Assembly: GCA_038895475.1 (NCBI GenBank) | Contig: JAWANI010000003.1 | Location: 1 to 60,443, forward strand | Length of the DNA: 60,443 nucleotides | Source of the DNA: Candidatus Woesearchaeota archaeon | GTDB lineage: Archaea > Nanobdellota > Nanobdellia > Woesearchaeales > UBA9642 | Direction: 5' to 3' | Shown: piece after piece, positions 1 through 10,527 of the stretch | Position numbering within the stretch: position 1 is the first letter of the stretch | How the letters are laid out: every line of letters begins with the position of its first letter | Notes under the pieces: generated by a model | The model's database searches: none | Told to the model about the DNA's origin: nothing | What the model saw: only the letters and a program-made list of their open reading frames with translations | Program-made: the position numbers and the translations under genes

Positions 1-85
1 CTTTTAGTTTTTTATTTTTTTTTGATAGATATTCTTTTTTTTTATTATATCTGTGTATTTTTTTAGTTATTAATTGTTTTTCCAT
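1..85 (-). CDS. 5' end of a Lys-rich ORF running off the left edge (MEKQLITKKIHRYNKKKEYLSKKNKKLK...)
   Basis: ATG at 85..83 on the minus strand, open to position 1. Only about 28 codons are visible and no recognisable domain. Confidence 0.2.
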   Translation of the reverse strand, partial: MEKQLITKKIHRYNKKKEYLSKKNKKLK

Positions 86-331
86 AATAAAAATATATAT
101 CATTAAAATAAATATTTATTTATTTGATATTATAATTTAAACATATTATATTATTTTTAATCATACTTCCATAGATATTATTCGTCACCAACATATAACA
201 ATAAAGTATTCATTTTAAAATAGTTACAAACGAAAGATTTAAATAAAACCACGGAGTAAGACATAACAACAAAAAGAATTATAATAAAAAGAAGGTGGCA
301 TCATTCTCAAACATAATACTCACCTCTTTTT

Positions 332-364
332 CCCGGCAAAACCTTCGCAAGAGGGTTTTCCGGG
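332..364. other. GC-rich hairpin (CCCGG-C-AAAACC / GGTTTT-CCGGG, 10-nt loop)
   Basis: 11-bp stem with one bulged C in otherwise very AT-rich intergenic DNA, about 50 nt beyond the stop of the minus-strand protease gene. T-rich sequence follows on the plus strand only. Confidence 0.35.
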
Positions 365-415
365 TTTAAAATATCTTAATATTACATTCTTATTCTTAAG
401 CATCCAAACAGTTTT

Positions 416-2209
416 TTATTTTTTGCTTTTTATTTTTCTAGAATTAAAATTAGACATACTTTTCTTTTTAACGCTCTTGTTAAATAACCTTATAAACAGA
501 AATATTAAAAGAACAAACAATACTCCAAGAACAAATCCGAAGATGAACTGAATACTAAAATTATTAATGTAAATTTTTTGTTTCTTGACCCCTAAATACA
601 TATCAAGATTGCTCATTTCCAATGCATACTCTGCATATAACATTGCTGAATAAGGGTCTTTTTCCTTTAATGAATTGGCATATTCATAGTAACTATAACC
701 TAATATAGGAAATACTCCGGAATCTATCTGCCCGGATATCATCATTGAAGCAGCATCTAATTTTTCATCCAAAAATTCATCTAAAGAATTTTCCTCTAAA
801 AAAAGTGCACTTAAAATGACATCAACTTCTGCCTTTGCTTTTGAAGCGGCAAAAATACAAAGCGCATATTCATCCTCATAATAATAATCATAAGCCTTAT
901 TAAGACCAGACCTGTCAACACTTTTAAGATTATAAAATCCTAAATAATTTAATCTTTCTTCAACTTCCGAAATTTTTTTGTTGCATGCAATTTTTAAAGT
1001 TTCATTGTTTAAATTTACAAACTTTCCCTCAGAATCAAAAAAATTTGACCAATAAACTGCCGTAGACACCCTCTCTTTTACATACGCAATTACATCACTA
1101 GAAATATTGTCAGGATTCTGCTTTTTTAATGAATCTTTTGCATCCTCTAATCTTTCTTTAACAATCATATATGTTTCAAGATCTGATATAGTTCTTATTT
1201 TTCTTTTATTAAGAATTTCTTCCTGTAATGCTATTTCCCCAAGAAGAGTTGCATATTCCTTTTTCAAAATCTCGTTTGATATATTTTTAAAATAATTTTT
1301 TGATATATATACGTTCCCTCCAAAACACTGACTTGCCGCACTGTAATATTTTTCTTCATTTATTAACTCTAATGCAAATTTAAAATAATCCTTTTTAGAA
1401 TCATTTAATGAAATATTTTCAGAATCCATGTATGATATATCTGGCATTAATAATTGATTATTCCTAAAAGAACCATATTTAGAACATATGTTTATTGTTA
1501 TTGACTTCATTGTTTCAACATAACTGCTTTTTGGAATAGGCTCTTTTTTTTCTGAAGAATAGTTTTTACCAGTAAATACATATAATGCTTCATAAATATT
1601 TGAAACTTTTATTATTTCTAAAGAAGTATCATTTAATTCGTATGTTTCATTAAAAGACTCCCATTTAGGTATTAATGCTTTTTTATACCCGTATTTTTCT
1701 GCAGCCAATGTTTTTTGCGAAATACCTGCGACAGGCCCTATTAAATACCCTGAATTAATTGTTCCGGTCATTATGGTTTTAGAGTCTATCTCTTGATTGT
1801 CAAGCATTGCAATTGTCAATACTGTGGCTGCTGCACCTGCACTCGGGCCTCCAACAATACTGGAATCTGCATTAATAGTGTAAAAAAAATCAAGATTAGA
1901 ACAGTCTATATTTAAGAAATCGCAAGCCAATTCAGATGCAAAACGCATGGTTATTTGAGTATCCAGTCTAGACATTGGGAAACTGTCAATATAAATTCTT
2001 CCGTAACCCGGCTTTATATTTAAAGAAAGACTTGCAACACCTCCTTTGGTACCATTTTGAGTCTCTGAAACAGTTAATAATCCTATTGTGCCTTTTTCTT
2101 TATATGCAAAAACAAAATCAGTAAAGATGCTTAAAAGCATAAATAAAAACATGAACAAAATCATTCTTTTTTTTAATAAAGAAATATTTTCTTTGTTCGG
2201 CTTTTTCAT
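416..2209 (-). CDS. Membrane-anchored Lon-like S16 serine protease without an AAA+ module
   Basis: N-terminal TM helix, then Lon proteolytic-domain motifs: IVGGPSAGAA (catalytic Ser) and GPVAGISQKTLAAEKYGYKKALIP (catalytic Lys). A long helical region, a C-terminal TM helix and a Lys-rich tail follow. No Walker A/B motifs. Confidence 0.7.
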   Translation of the reverse strand: MKKPNKENISLLKKRMILFMFLFMLLSIFTDFVFAYKEKGTIGLLTVSETQNGTKGGVASLSLNIKPGYGRIYIDSFPMSRLDTQITMRFASELACDFLNIDCSNLDFFYTINADSSIVGGPSAGAAATVLTIAMLDNQEIDSKTIMTGTINSGYLIGPVAGISQKTLAAEKYGYKKALIPKWESFNETYELNDTSLEIIKVSNIYEALYVFTGKNYSSEKKEPIPKSSYVETMKSITINICSKYGSFRNNQLLMPDISYMDSENISLNDSKKDYFKFALELINEEKYYSAASQCFGGNVYISKNYFKNISNEILKKEYATLLGEIALQEEILNKRKIRTISDLETYMIVKERLEDAKDSLKKQNPDNISSDVIAYVKERVSTAVYWSNFFDSEGKFVNLNNETLKIACNKKISEVEERLNYLGFYNLKSVDRSGLNKAYDYYYEDEYALCIFAASKAKAEVDVILSALFLEENSLDEFLDEKLDAASMMISGQIDSGVFPILGYSYYEYANSLKEKDPYSAMLYAEYALEMSNLDMYLGVKKQKIYINNFSIQFIFGFVLGVLFVLLIFLFIRLFNKSVKKKSMSNFNSRKIKSKK

Positions 2210-2793
2210 GTTTTCTCCTTATAACGGCCTCTTTGTTCAACCGTTTTTAACCTTTTTAATATTTCTTCTCTATTTTTAGGATTGTAGCCTTTAAGAAAAT
2301 ACTTATAAGCAACATCTGCAACTTTATAATGCTTGCTGTTTAATGCCTGTTTGAAAAGATGTATATCTACTGCCTTATCCTCTATTTTAGAGGACTCGAA
2401 GCTTAATCCGAAGTCTATAAAATATATTTTCTCATTGAACAATATCATATTGCTTGTTGTTAAATCCCCGTGTATTATGTTTGAGTCATGCATTAAAGAG
2501 AGATTTTCAGCAATCTTTTGTGCATATTCAGGTTTTTTGTCAAGTATTTCCCTTAATTTTATTCCATCAATATATTCCATTTCTATTGATGTATCAGTTA
2601 AAGACAGAATTTTTGGTACGGGAATTATTTTTGACAATTTTTTTAGTATTTTTGCCTCTTTTTTGTTTCTCTGAACTCTTAAGGCAGAATCTATTTCTTT
2701 TATACGATAACTTTTTTCTATTCTTTGCTTTTCTATATTTTTGTTATCATTCAGATATATTATTGCTTCTGCTCCAGATGAAATAGTTTTCAT
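2206..2793 (-). CDS. bud32: Bud32/PRPK atypical protein kinase (KEOPS subunit)
   Basis: About 195 aa with HGDLTTSNMI catalytic loop and IDFGLS (DFG-like) motif. Its stop overlaps the start of the downstream protease gene by 4 nt. Confidence 0.85.
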   Translation of the reverse strand: MKTISSGAEAIIYLNDNKNIEKQRIEKSYRIKEIDSALRVQRNKKEAKILKKLSKIIPVPKILSLTDTSIEMEYIDGIKLREILDKKPEYAQKIAENLSLMHDSNIIHGDLTTSNMILFNEKIYFIDFGLSFESSKIEDKAVDIHLFKQALNSKHYKVADVAYKYFLKGYNPKNREEILKRLKTVEQRGRYKEKT

Positions 2794-2835
2794 AAATTAA
2801 AGAATTTGCAAGTATTTTTAAGTGTTATGAAATAT

Positions 2836-3198
2836 TTAACTTAAATCTAATGTTGAATTATATTCTTTTTTGTATAATGCATCAGCCAATTCCATTGTAT
2901 AATCTATCGGCATATCGTTTTTTCTTATCTGTATTTGAAGAGTATAATCCTTATCATAATTATAGAGAATTAATTTTTTCTTGAATAATTCGTTAAAACA
3001 AAAAGGATCTTTACTAACAAAAACATATTCTCTTTGACTTGCAACAGATTTTTTTAGTGTCAGATCATGCCTAAATCCTGTAATCTTGTCAACAACTTCA
3101 TTTAATGTTTTCAATGCCTCTTCTTTTGTGTCAAAATGAAAATTTACATAATCATAGTTAAGTAATGCAATATTTTCTGGTGTTTCTGATTTAATCAT
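2836..3198 (-). CDS. Hypothetical protein (120 aa)
   Basis: ORF preceded by AAGAGGAA. No recognisable motif. Confidence 0.5.
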   Translation of the reverse strand: MIKSETPENIALLNYDYVNFHFDTKEEALKTLNEVVDKITGFRHDLTLKKSVASQREYVFVSKDPFCFNELFKKKLILYNYDKDYTLQIQIRKNDMPIDYTMELADALYKKEYNSTLDLS

Positions 3199-3209
3199 TA
3201 TTATTCCTC

Positions 3210-3347
3210 TTATTCTTCTGTTAAAAATAATTCATCTAATTCGTATTTTGATAATCTGCTTTTATTTAAAACAGCCATTTTTGGCTTTTTTCCGTATTCA
3301 CCTCTCACTTCATCATACTCAAAATCCTCTTCTGAATAATCTTCCAT
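3210..3347 (-). CDS. Small acidic protein (45 aa), not in the ORF track
   Basis: Hand translation: MEDYSEEDFEYDEVRGEYGKKPKMAVLNKSRLSKYELDELFLTEE. AAGGGGG lies 5-6 nt upstream of the ATG. The stop is 11 nt before the next gene start. Confidence 0.4.
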   Translation of the reverse strand: MEDYSEEDFEYDEVRGEYGKKPKMAVLNKSRLSKYELDELFLTEE

Positions 3348-3489
3348 CTTAAACCCCCTTAAATGATATTTTAAAATTAAATAGCATAATAACTACTAAC
3401 ATATAGTAATAACATATTTATAAATTTTTCGGTTTTGTATCTATTGCTAAGTAAATACAAAAACAACTGACCGAAATTAAAAAACAAGC

Positions 3490-3774
3490 CTACCTATAAA
3501 CAAATCTCCTTGCAAAACCACACTCATTACAAGTTAGAATTATTCTTCCCTTTCGGACCCTAACACTAGAATTAACGCCCTTCTTAAGAAAAGAATTACA
3601 TTTTTTGCAAAAACTAAACCTTTTAGACTTATCAATTCTTACCTTATATTTCATGGCAGTTTTTCTAGCAATAAAAATATATCTCCTGCTTAATTCTTTA
3701 TCTACAAGAAACATTTCTTCGGCCTGTGCAAATAATTCATTAATATGCTCGATTGCTTTAGATTTATTATCCAT
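3490..3774 (-). CDS. rnp4: RNase P protein component 4 (Rpp21/Rpr2 family zinc ribbon)
   Basis: Helical N-terminus (INELFAQAEEMF...SRRYIFIARKTAMKYKVRI), then CKKC...x17...CNEC zinc ribbon. I prefer the ATG at 3774 over the track start at 3813, which adds a hydrophobic extension. Confidence 0.8.
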   Translation of the reverse strand: MDNKSKAIEHINELFAQAEEMFLVDKELSRRYIFIARKTAMKYKVRIDKSKRFSFCKKCNSFLKKGVNSSVRVRKGRIILTCNECGFARRFVYR

Positions 3775-3910
3775 ACACAAACAAAATAATGCTATATTTA
3801 TATAATTAACCATAAATCAATCAAATCAAAATACAACATTATAGTATTATCAAATTACAAAGACAATAAATACATAAAGAATATAAATGAATAGAATATA
3901 CACATACAAG

Positions 3911-5194
3911 ATGGGCATTTTAGATTATTTTAAAAAAAAAGAACCTGAAAAAACTCCAAAAATAATAGAATTGAGCAAGATAGATAAACATCTAAATCTT
4001 TTACTAAGAGAAAAATTATCATCTAAAAATAAAACAATACAACAAACAATAGAAGAAATAGAAAACATAAAAAACAACACAGAAATAAAACTTAAAGAGT
4101 TACACAAAAAAAAACTTATAAACCCAAACATACCATTAAGAGAAATACAGATAATGGAAGGAAACAGAGATAATTACATAAAAAATACAAAAAACTTTCT
4201 AAAAGAAATAAATATTCCACAACAATATCTACAAATATACGAATACACAGTAGAAATACTGGAAAAACTTGAAAATCTTTCAAAAACAAACCAAAAAAGC
4301 CATTTCATTCTAAAAGGTTTTTTCGATAATGAAATAAAAGAGATAAATAAAAATTTAAAAGATATCGAGGAAAAAATAACACAGATAAGAATATTGTTTG
4401 AAAAACAAAAAATTAGTACAATAAAAGAAATATATGAAGATGTAGAAAAAATAAAAAAGAACTATATTAAAATAAAACACATAGAACATGAAATAAAAGA
4501 AAACGAGGCTGTAATAAAAGAATATGAGGATAAAATAAAAAAAATAAATGAAAAGATAGAAACAATAAAAACAGGAACAGACTACAGGACACTGGAAAAT
4601 TTCAAACAGGAAAAAGAAAAAACAGAAACAGAAATAAAAAAAATATTCCAAGATTTTGACTCAAAATTTACAGAAATCCAGTATGCACTAAAAAAATTTT
4701 ACTATAAAAACCCCGATAAAAAAATAATAAAAAACTATATTGAAGAACCTTATAAAACATTGATAAATGATGATCAAAAACAGATAATAAACATAATAAA
4801 AGACTTAAAAGAAGATATAGAAAATATAGACCTAAAAGAAAGAAAAAAAGAAACAATAATAGAATACTTAAACAAACTTACACCCGAATATATCGATGAA
4901 ACACAACTCAAACTAAAAAAACTAGAAGACTTAAAACAGGATATACAAGCAAAAATAATACACAATTCATCCTCATTAAACATATCGGAACAGGAATATT
5001 GGATAAAAACAAACAAGGAAAAAATAAATATACATACTGAAAAAATACTAAAACTAGAAGAAGACAATTTAAGATTAAACGGAGAAAACACATTACTTAA
5101 AAAGAAAATAAAAAAAGATTTAGAATTATTAGTATACGAAGAAGTAACTATTATAGATGATTTAAGGGAATTGTTTGAAAACAAAGAACATTAA
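3911..5194 (+). CDS. Long Lys/Glu/Ile-rich coiled-coil protein with MGILDYFKKKE N-terminus
   Basis: Continuous heptad-like K/E/I/N composition over about 427 aa. An alternative upstream ATG is at 3887. No enzymatic motif. Confidence 0.6.
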   Translation: MGILDYFKKKEPEKTPKIIELSKIDKHLNLLLREKLSSKNKTIQQTIEEIENIKNNTEIKLKELHKKKLINPNIPLREIQIMEGNRDNYIKNTKNFLKEINIPQQYLQIYEYTVEILEKLENLSKTNQKSHFILKGFFDNEIKEINKNLKDIEEKITQIRILFEKQKISTIKEIYEDVEKIKKNYIKIKHIEHEIKENEAVIKEYEDKIKKINEKIETIKTGTDYRTLENFKQEKEKTETEIKKIFQDFDSKFTEIQYALKKFYYKNPDKKIIKNYIEEPYKTLINDDQKQIINIIKDLKEDIENIDLKERKKETIIEYLNKLTPEYIDETQLKLKKLEDLKQDIQAKIIHNSSSLNISEQEYWIKTNKEKINIHTEKILKLEEDNLRLNGENTLLKKKIKKDLELLVYEEVTIIDDLRELFENKEH

Positions 5195-5238
5195 CAAAAT
5201 ATAAAAAACAATCAATATTAAAATAAATATTAAGGTAG

Positions 5239-6261
<1,023 letters not shown>

Positions 6262-6320
6262 ATTTATTCGTTAAGTATTTATACTTTTATATTTCATATA
6301 GATTTATAGGGGGCAATAAA

Positions 6321-6644
6321 ATGGAAAAAAAGAACTTTAATCTAACAATATCGACAATTACTTTTATTATTGGTGCGTTCTTTTTATTGTCAAATACCAA
6401 AGACATTACTGGTGCAGTTGTTGGTATATCCGGACCAGGAGGAACAATAACAGCAATAACAGGATTAATATTAATAATCGCATCTACGGCATTTTTTATA
6501 TTTATAATAAATCATGGCGATTTAGAATTAGAAAGATTGGTTAGAGAAACTAAGAATCATGAAGATTTAACAGTTACCAAAAAAATAAAAGAACAAGAAA
6601 TAAAAGAAAAATACCAACAAGAATATGAAGAATATAAAAAATAA
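6321..6644 (+). CDS. Small membrane protein (2 TM) with charged C-terminal tail
   Basis: Two hydrophobic helices followed by a K/E-rich tail. GGGGG lies upstream of the ATG. Confidence 0.5.
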   Translation: MEKKNFNLTISTITFIIGAFFLLSNTKDITGAVVGISGPGGTITAITGLILIIASTAFFIFIINHGDLELERLVRETKNHEDLTVTKKIKEQEIKEKYQQEYEEYKK

Positions 6645-6704
6645 AATTTTAAAACTTATTCTCTAAATTTAAAAATCATAAAAAATTTCTAATAATCAAG
6701 TTAA

Positions 6705-7274
6705 TCAGATATTTTTCATACATCCGCATCCTCCGGAGTTCATGCCGCATGAGCCTATACTCTTAGAAGGAGTGTTTGTTGTTTCAACAGAGGATTGTGT
6801 TTCTGAAATGCGTATGGATTTTGTTTGTGAGTTTATAACATCAACAACTTCAAATTTGCCGAAAAACATGTTCATTGAACAAGCTATAGTTATAGTGCCT
6901 GTTTTTGTTGGTGTAAACTCTATAATATTGTCCCCCTGTTTAACATATTTCCTTACTCCGAAATCCTTTATTACAACATCCCTTGCACAGCCAACAACTG
7001 TGTTTAAATCTACAGTCATTCTTATAGGAACCCCTTTTTTAAAAGTTGAAGGTGTAACAACATACTCCCAATTTCTCATAGACAATACTGCTTCTTGATA
7101 TTCAGTATTTACATTACTGTCTTTAATTCTATTTTCTTGCGTATTGCTTGTTTGCGAATTTATTTGAAGATAATTTGAGAATGCAGTTGCGTCACTTAAG
7201 TTTAATATTAATAAAAACAGCAATACAAAAACAATCACTCCTGCGCCTCCGATAATAAAATATTTTGCTTTCAT
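6705..7274 (-). CDS. Secreted cupredoxin-like domain protein with Cys-rich C-terminus
   Basis: N-terminal signal/TM helix. The domain with GCARDVVIKDFGV...FTPTKTGTITIACSMNMFFGKFEVV resembles the cupredoxin_1/EfeO-like fold often seen beside copA. C-terminal CGMNSGGCGCM. Confidence 0.55.
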   Translation of the reverse strand: MKAKYFIIGGAGVIVFVLLFLLILNLSDATAFSNYLQINSQTSNTQENRIKDSNVNTEYQEAVLSMRNWEYVVTPSTFKKGVPIRMTVDLNTVVGCARDVVIKDFGVRKYVKQGDNIIEFTPTKTGTITIACSMNMFFGKFEVVDVINSQTKSIRISETQSSVETTNTPSKSIGSCGMNSGGCGCMKNI

Positions 7275-7323
7275 TTTTTACCTCCTAAAATAATATAAAC
7301 ACTTAATAAAATTAAATAAAATA

Positions 7324-8019
7324 CTACCCATAATAAGATGCAAATATTGCTGATTTAGGCCCATAAATCATGATAATTATTAATATTGCAGATATGATTA
7401 TGCATGCACTAACAAAAGTCAATAAGTCTATATTGCTCCTAATTAAATCTTCATTACCTTTGATAGCCTCTTCATGATACATTTTCATAAAACCCCATAA
7501 TAACACAAGATTAATTAAAATATAAACTGGCATAAAAACAAACACTCTGTCTGTAAAAATCATTACTGAAATCATCGGACCCATTGTTCCGCCCATTATT
7601 CCAGACATTAATCCCTGAACCCATGACATTGTGCTATTAGAAGTTAAACCTGCAAGTATTCCTCCAACAGAGCCAAATATCATTCCGACCATTGCTCCGG
7701 TAAAATAACCATTTGTCGCACCAATAACTGCACCTATCATCATACCTATCTGCATCCCAATAGTCATTCCTATCATCATTCCTGTCATACATGGAACTTT
7801 TGTCTTGTTTAACATTATATATAATGCGGCCATTGCTATTGATACCACACTGATGTTCAAATAAATAACCCAAATCAAATACTTTGAAAAAAAGCCAGGA
7901 ATATGTCTAAAAAAACCATAATATGCTATTGCTTCAAGAATTATTAAAACTAAAAATGCTGCTGCACCATATGTTAATGTTTTATGATATGTCTTATCAT
8001 TATTGAATTTCTCGTTCAT
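7324..8019 (-). CDS. Met/Gly-rich polytopic membrane protein
   Basis: Several TM helices, including MTGMMIGMTIGMQIGMMIGAVIGATNGYFTGAMVGMIFGSVGG. First ATG is at 8019 (track TTG at 8049). Lies inside the copper cluster. Confidence 0.55.
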   Translation of the reverse strand: MNEKFNNDKTYHKTLTYGAAAFLVLIILEAIAYYGFFRHIPGFFSKYLIWVIYLNISVVSIAMAALYIMLNKTKVPCMTGMMIGMTIGMQIGMMIGAVIGATNGYFTGAMVGMIFGSVGGILAGLTSNSTMSWVQGLMSGIMGGTMGPMISVMIFTDRVFVFMPVYILINLVLLWGFMKMYHEEAIKGNEDLIRSNIDLLTFVSACIIISAILIIIMIYGPKSAIFASYYG

Positions 8020-8076
8020 TTTAGCCTCATGCTTTTTTCCCTTTAACAATATTTGTTTATTTGATTTTTATAATAA

Positions 8077-8283
8077 CTACTCCGTTATTTTATAACCTTC
8101 CCTCTCAATAATTTTTTTTATCATTTCTTCCTTCACTTTCCTTTCATCATAATCAATTGTAACTGTGTTTTTTGCCAATGAAACAACAACACCATTTACA
8201 CCTTCTATTTCCAACAATGAATCCTTAATAATCATCTCACAACTTTTGCAATGCATTCCCTTAACATTTAATGTTATTTTCAT
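8077..8283 (-). CDS. copZ: Heavy-metal-associated (HMA) copper chaperone
   Basis: 68 aa with GMHCKSCE (MxCxxC) motif, immediately downstream of copA. Confidence 0.85.
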   Translation of the reverse strand: MKITLNVKGMHCKSCEMIIKDSLLEIEGVNGVVVSLAKNTVTIDYDERKVKEEMIKKIIEREGYKITE

Positions 8284-8298
8284 AATTTCACCTTTTAA

Positions 8299-10506
8299 TT
8301 ATAATTTTTTATTTTTTAAAAGTAAAGAGTTTGAAACTACAGATACACTGGATAACGCCATTGCTCCACCTGCAATTATTGGATTAAGCAGCCAACCAGT
8401 AAAAGGGTATAATAATCCTGCAGCAACCGGTATTCCTAACACATTATAAAATAAAGCCCAAAACATGTTCTGACGTATCTTACTCATGGTCATTCTGCTC
8501 AATTTTATAGATTTGTATACATCATTTAAATCGTTCTTCATTAATACAATATTTCCTGTTTCCATTGCTACATCTGTAGCTGAACCCATTGCTATACCTA
8601 TATCTGCCTCTGCCAATGCCGGTGCATCATTTATTCCATCGCCAACCATCATTACTACCTTATTTTTCGCTTTTTTCTTCAAAACAGCAATATATTGTGC
8701 TTTTTTTTCTGGAAGAACTTCTGCAAAAACATTTTCTGGTTTTATTCCTGCCTGTTTTGCTATTGCTTTTGCTGTCCTTAAATTATCTCCAGTCATCATA
8801 TAAACCTCAACACCTATCTTGTTTAAATTTTTAACAGCATCATATGCATTACTTTTTATAGTGTCAGCAACAGCAATTAAACCAATAATTTTATTGTCTG
8901 CAAGAATCATTACTGTTTTTCCCTGTTCTTCAAGAGACTCTATTTCTTTCTTAATTGAACTTCCTATAGTTATCTTATTTTTCAATATTAATTTTTGGTT
9001 TCCAAAATAATATTTTTTTCCGAGATAAGATGCAGTTACCCCATATCCGGGAATTGTTTTAAATGATTTAATTGATAATAATTTTATTTTTCCATTTTTG
9101 GCTTTATTAATTATTGCTTCAGCTAAAGGGTGCTCTGAAGCAGACTCTATACTTGCAACAATTTTTAATAATTGTTCAGAAGAAATATTTGCTATTGGAA
9201 TTATGTCTGTTACCTCTGGTTTTCCATTGGTTATAGTTCCTGTCTTATCAAATATAACATATTTTGTTTTATGAGCAATCTCTAAACTATCCGCTCCCTT
9301 AATCAATATACCCTCTTTTGCTCCCCTTCCTATGCCAACTATTATGCTTGTCGGTGTTGCAAGACCTAATGCACAGGGACATGCTATTACTAAAACAGCC
9401 ACACTAGTTAAAATTGAGAACTCTAAATTTTTTTCAAATATAAAAAACCAAGCTATAAAGGTTAATATGGAAATAATTAAAACTATTGGTACAAAATATG
9501 CAGAAACAATGTCGGCAAACCTTTGTATTGGTGCTTTTCTTCCCTGTGCATCATTAATTAATTTTATTATATTTGAAAGAGTGGTATTTTCTCCCACTTT
9601 CGTGGCTTTAAACCTAAATGAACCGTGCTTATTTATTGTTCCTCCAATAACAGTATCTCCTTTTGATTTTTCAACAGGTATGCTTTCGCCTGTTATCATG
9701 GATTCATCAATTGTACTGTCTCCTGAAATTATTATACCATCAACAGGGATTTTTTCTCCCGGCTTTACTATAATTATATCTCCTAAAACTACTTGATCAA
9801 CACTTATTTTTTCTTCTTTTCCATTTCTTATTACCGTTGCTGTTTTAGGACTTAATTGCATAAGACTCTTTATTGCTTCACCAGTTTTTCCTTTTGCCTT
9901 TGCTTCAAGATATCTTCCTAAAACAACAAATGTTATTAATATTGCCGATGTTTCAAAATATTGTCCTAATTCAGGATTAAAGAATATTGCATAAACACTA
10001 TATACATATGCTGCTGTTGTTCCTATTGAAATCAATGTATCCATATTTGCTGTTTTTGCTTTTAATGCGGCCCAGAAATTCCTATAAATATCTGCACCAA
10101 CTATAAACTGTACAGGTGTTGCAAGGATAAAAAGTATAAAATCTGAATAGGGAATCATTATATTGAAAAGCATAAAAACCATGCCTATAATAAAGGCTGG
10201 AACAGAAAATATCAATCCAAATATAAGATTGAATTTATAATTTTTTAGTTCTTCTTCTTGCTCTTTTTCTTTTTTATTTATATCTATTTTGCCTTCACTT
10301 ATTGCCGCATCGTATCCCTTGGATTTAACTATTTTTATTAAATCGTTTTCTTTCAACTTTGATTCATCATACACAATTTGTGCTTTCGCTGTTGCATAGT
10401 TTACATTTGCTTCCTTTACGCCATCTGCTTTAGATAAAGATTTATTTATTAAAACCGCACAGCTTGCACAATGCATTCCCTTTATTTCCAAATCAATTTT
10501 TTTCAT
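8299..10506 (-). CDS. copA: Copper-translocating P1B-type ATPase
   Basis: N-terminal HMA GMHCASC, CPC in a TM helix ([11 protein letters not shown]), DKTGTIT phosphorylation site, [10 protein letters not shown] hinge. Confidence 0.95.
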   Translation of the reverse strand: MKKIDLEIKGMHCASCAVLINKSLSKADGVKEANVNYATAKAQIVYDESKLKENDLIKIVKSKGYDAAISEGKIDINKKEKEQEEELKNYKFNLIFGLIFSVPAFIIGMVFMLFNIMIPYSDFILFILATPVQFIVGADIYRNFWAALKAKTANMDTLISIGTTAAYVYSVYAIFFNPELGQYFETSAILITFVVLGRYLEAKAKGKTGEAIKSLMQLSPKTATVIRNGKEEKISVDQVVLGDIIIVKPGEKIPVDGIIISGDSTIDESMITGESIPVEKSKGDTVIGGTINKHGSFRFKATKVGENTTLSNIIKLINDAQGRKAPIQRFADIVSAYFVPIVLIISILTFIAWFFIFEKNLEFSILTSVAVLVIACPCALGLATPTSIIVGIGRGAKEGILIKGADSLEIAHKTKYVIFDKTGTITNGKPEVTDIIPIANISSEQLLKIVASIESASEHPLAEAIINKAKNGKIKLLSIKSFKTIPGYGVTASYLGKKYYFGNQKLILKNKITIGSSIKKEIESLEEQGKTVMILADNKIIGLIAVADTIKSNAYDAVKNLNKIGVEVYMMTGDNLRTAKAIAKQAGIKPENVFAEVLPEKKAQYIAVLKKKAKNKVVMMVGDGINDAPALAEADIGIAMGSATDVAMETGNIVLMKNDLNDVYKSIKLSRMTMSKIRQNMFWALFYNVLGIPVAAGLLYPFTGWLLNPIIAGGAMALSSVSVVSNSLLLKNKKL

Positions 10507-10527
10507 TTTTCAGCAATCATTATTGAG

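Noticed and set aside
1107-1295. Many track ORFs lie antisense or out of frame inside recognisable genes. Examples: 1107-1295, 2088-2279, 2333-2674, 2454-2786, 3605-3805, 3925-4131, 4355-5184, 5151-5690, 5814-6047, 6742-7098, 7637-7873, 8165-9796, 11685-12005, 12300-13085, 16763-16993, 20276-20659, 29489-31483, 37545-38237, 42028-43066, 53316-54295, 54972-56226 and 56918-57694.
   Set aside because: Each is fully overlapped by a longer ORF with clear family motifs. Their translations are low-complexity F/L/I/S-rich strings, as expected from the reverse complement of K/E/N-rich AT-rich coding sequence.
3428-3476. Nested inverted repeat TTCGGT-TTTGTAT...ATACAAA...ACCGAA downstream of rnp4.
   Set aside because: It is AT-rich, short and in a position expected for an ordinary intergenic or terminator hairpin. 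Nothing distinguishes it further.
3775-3813. N-terminal extensions in the ORF track that use GTG, TTG or an upstream ATG. Examples: 3813, 5257, 8049, 19747, 24294, 29085, 34700, 42872, 43160 and 54790.
   Set aside because: In each case an internal ATG with a GGAGG/GGTG-type SD at 5-9 nt gives an N-terminus matching the family consensus. The extensions add hydrophobic or K-rich junk.
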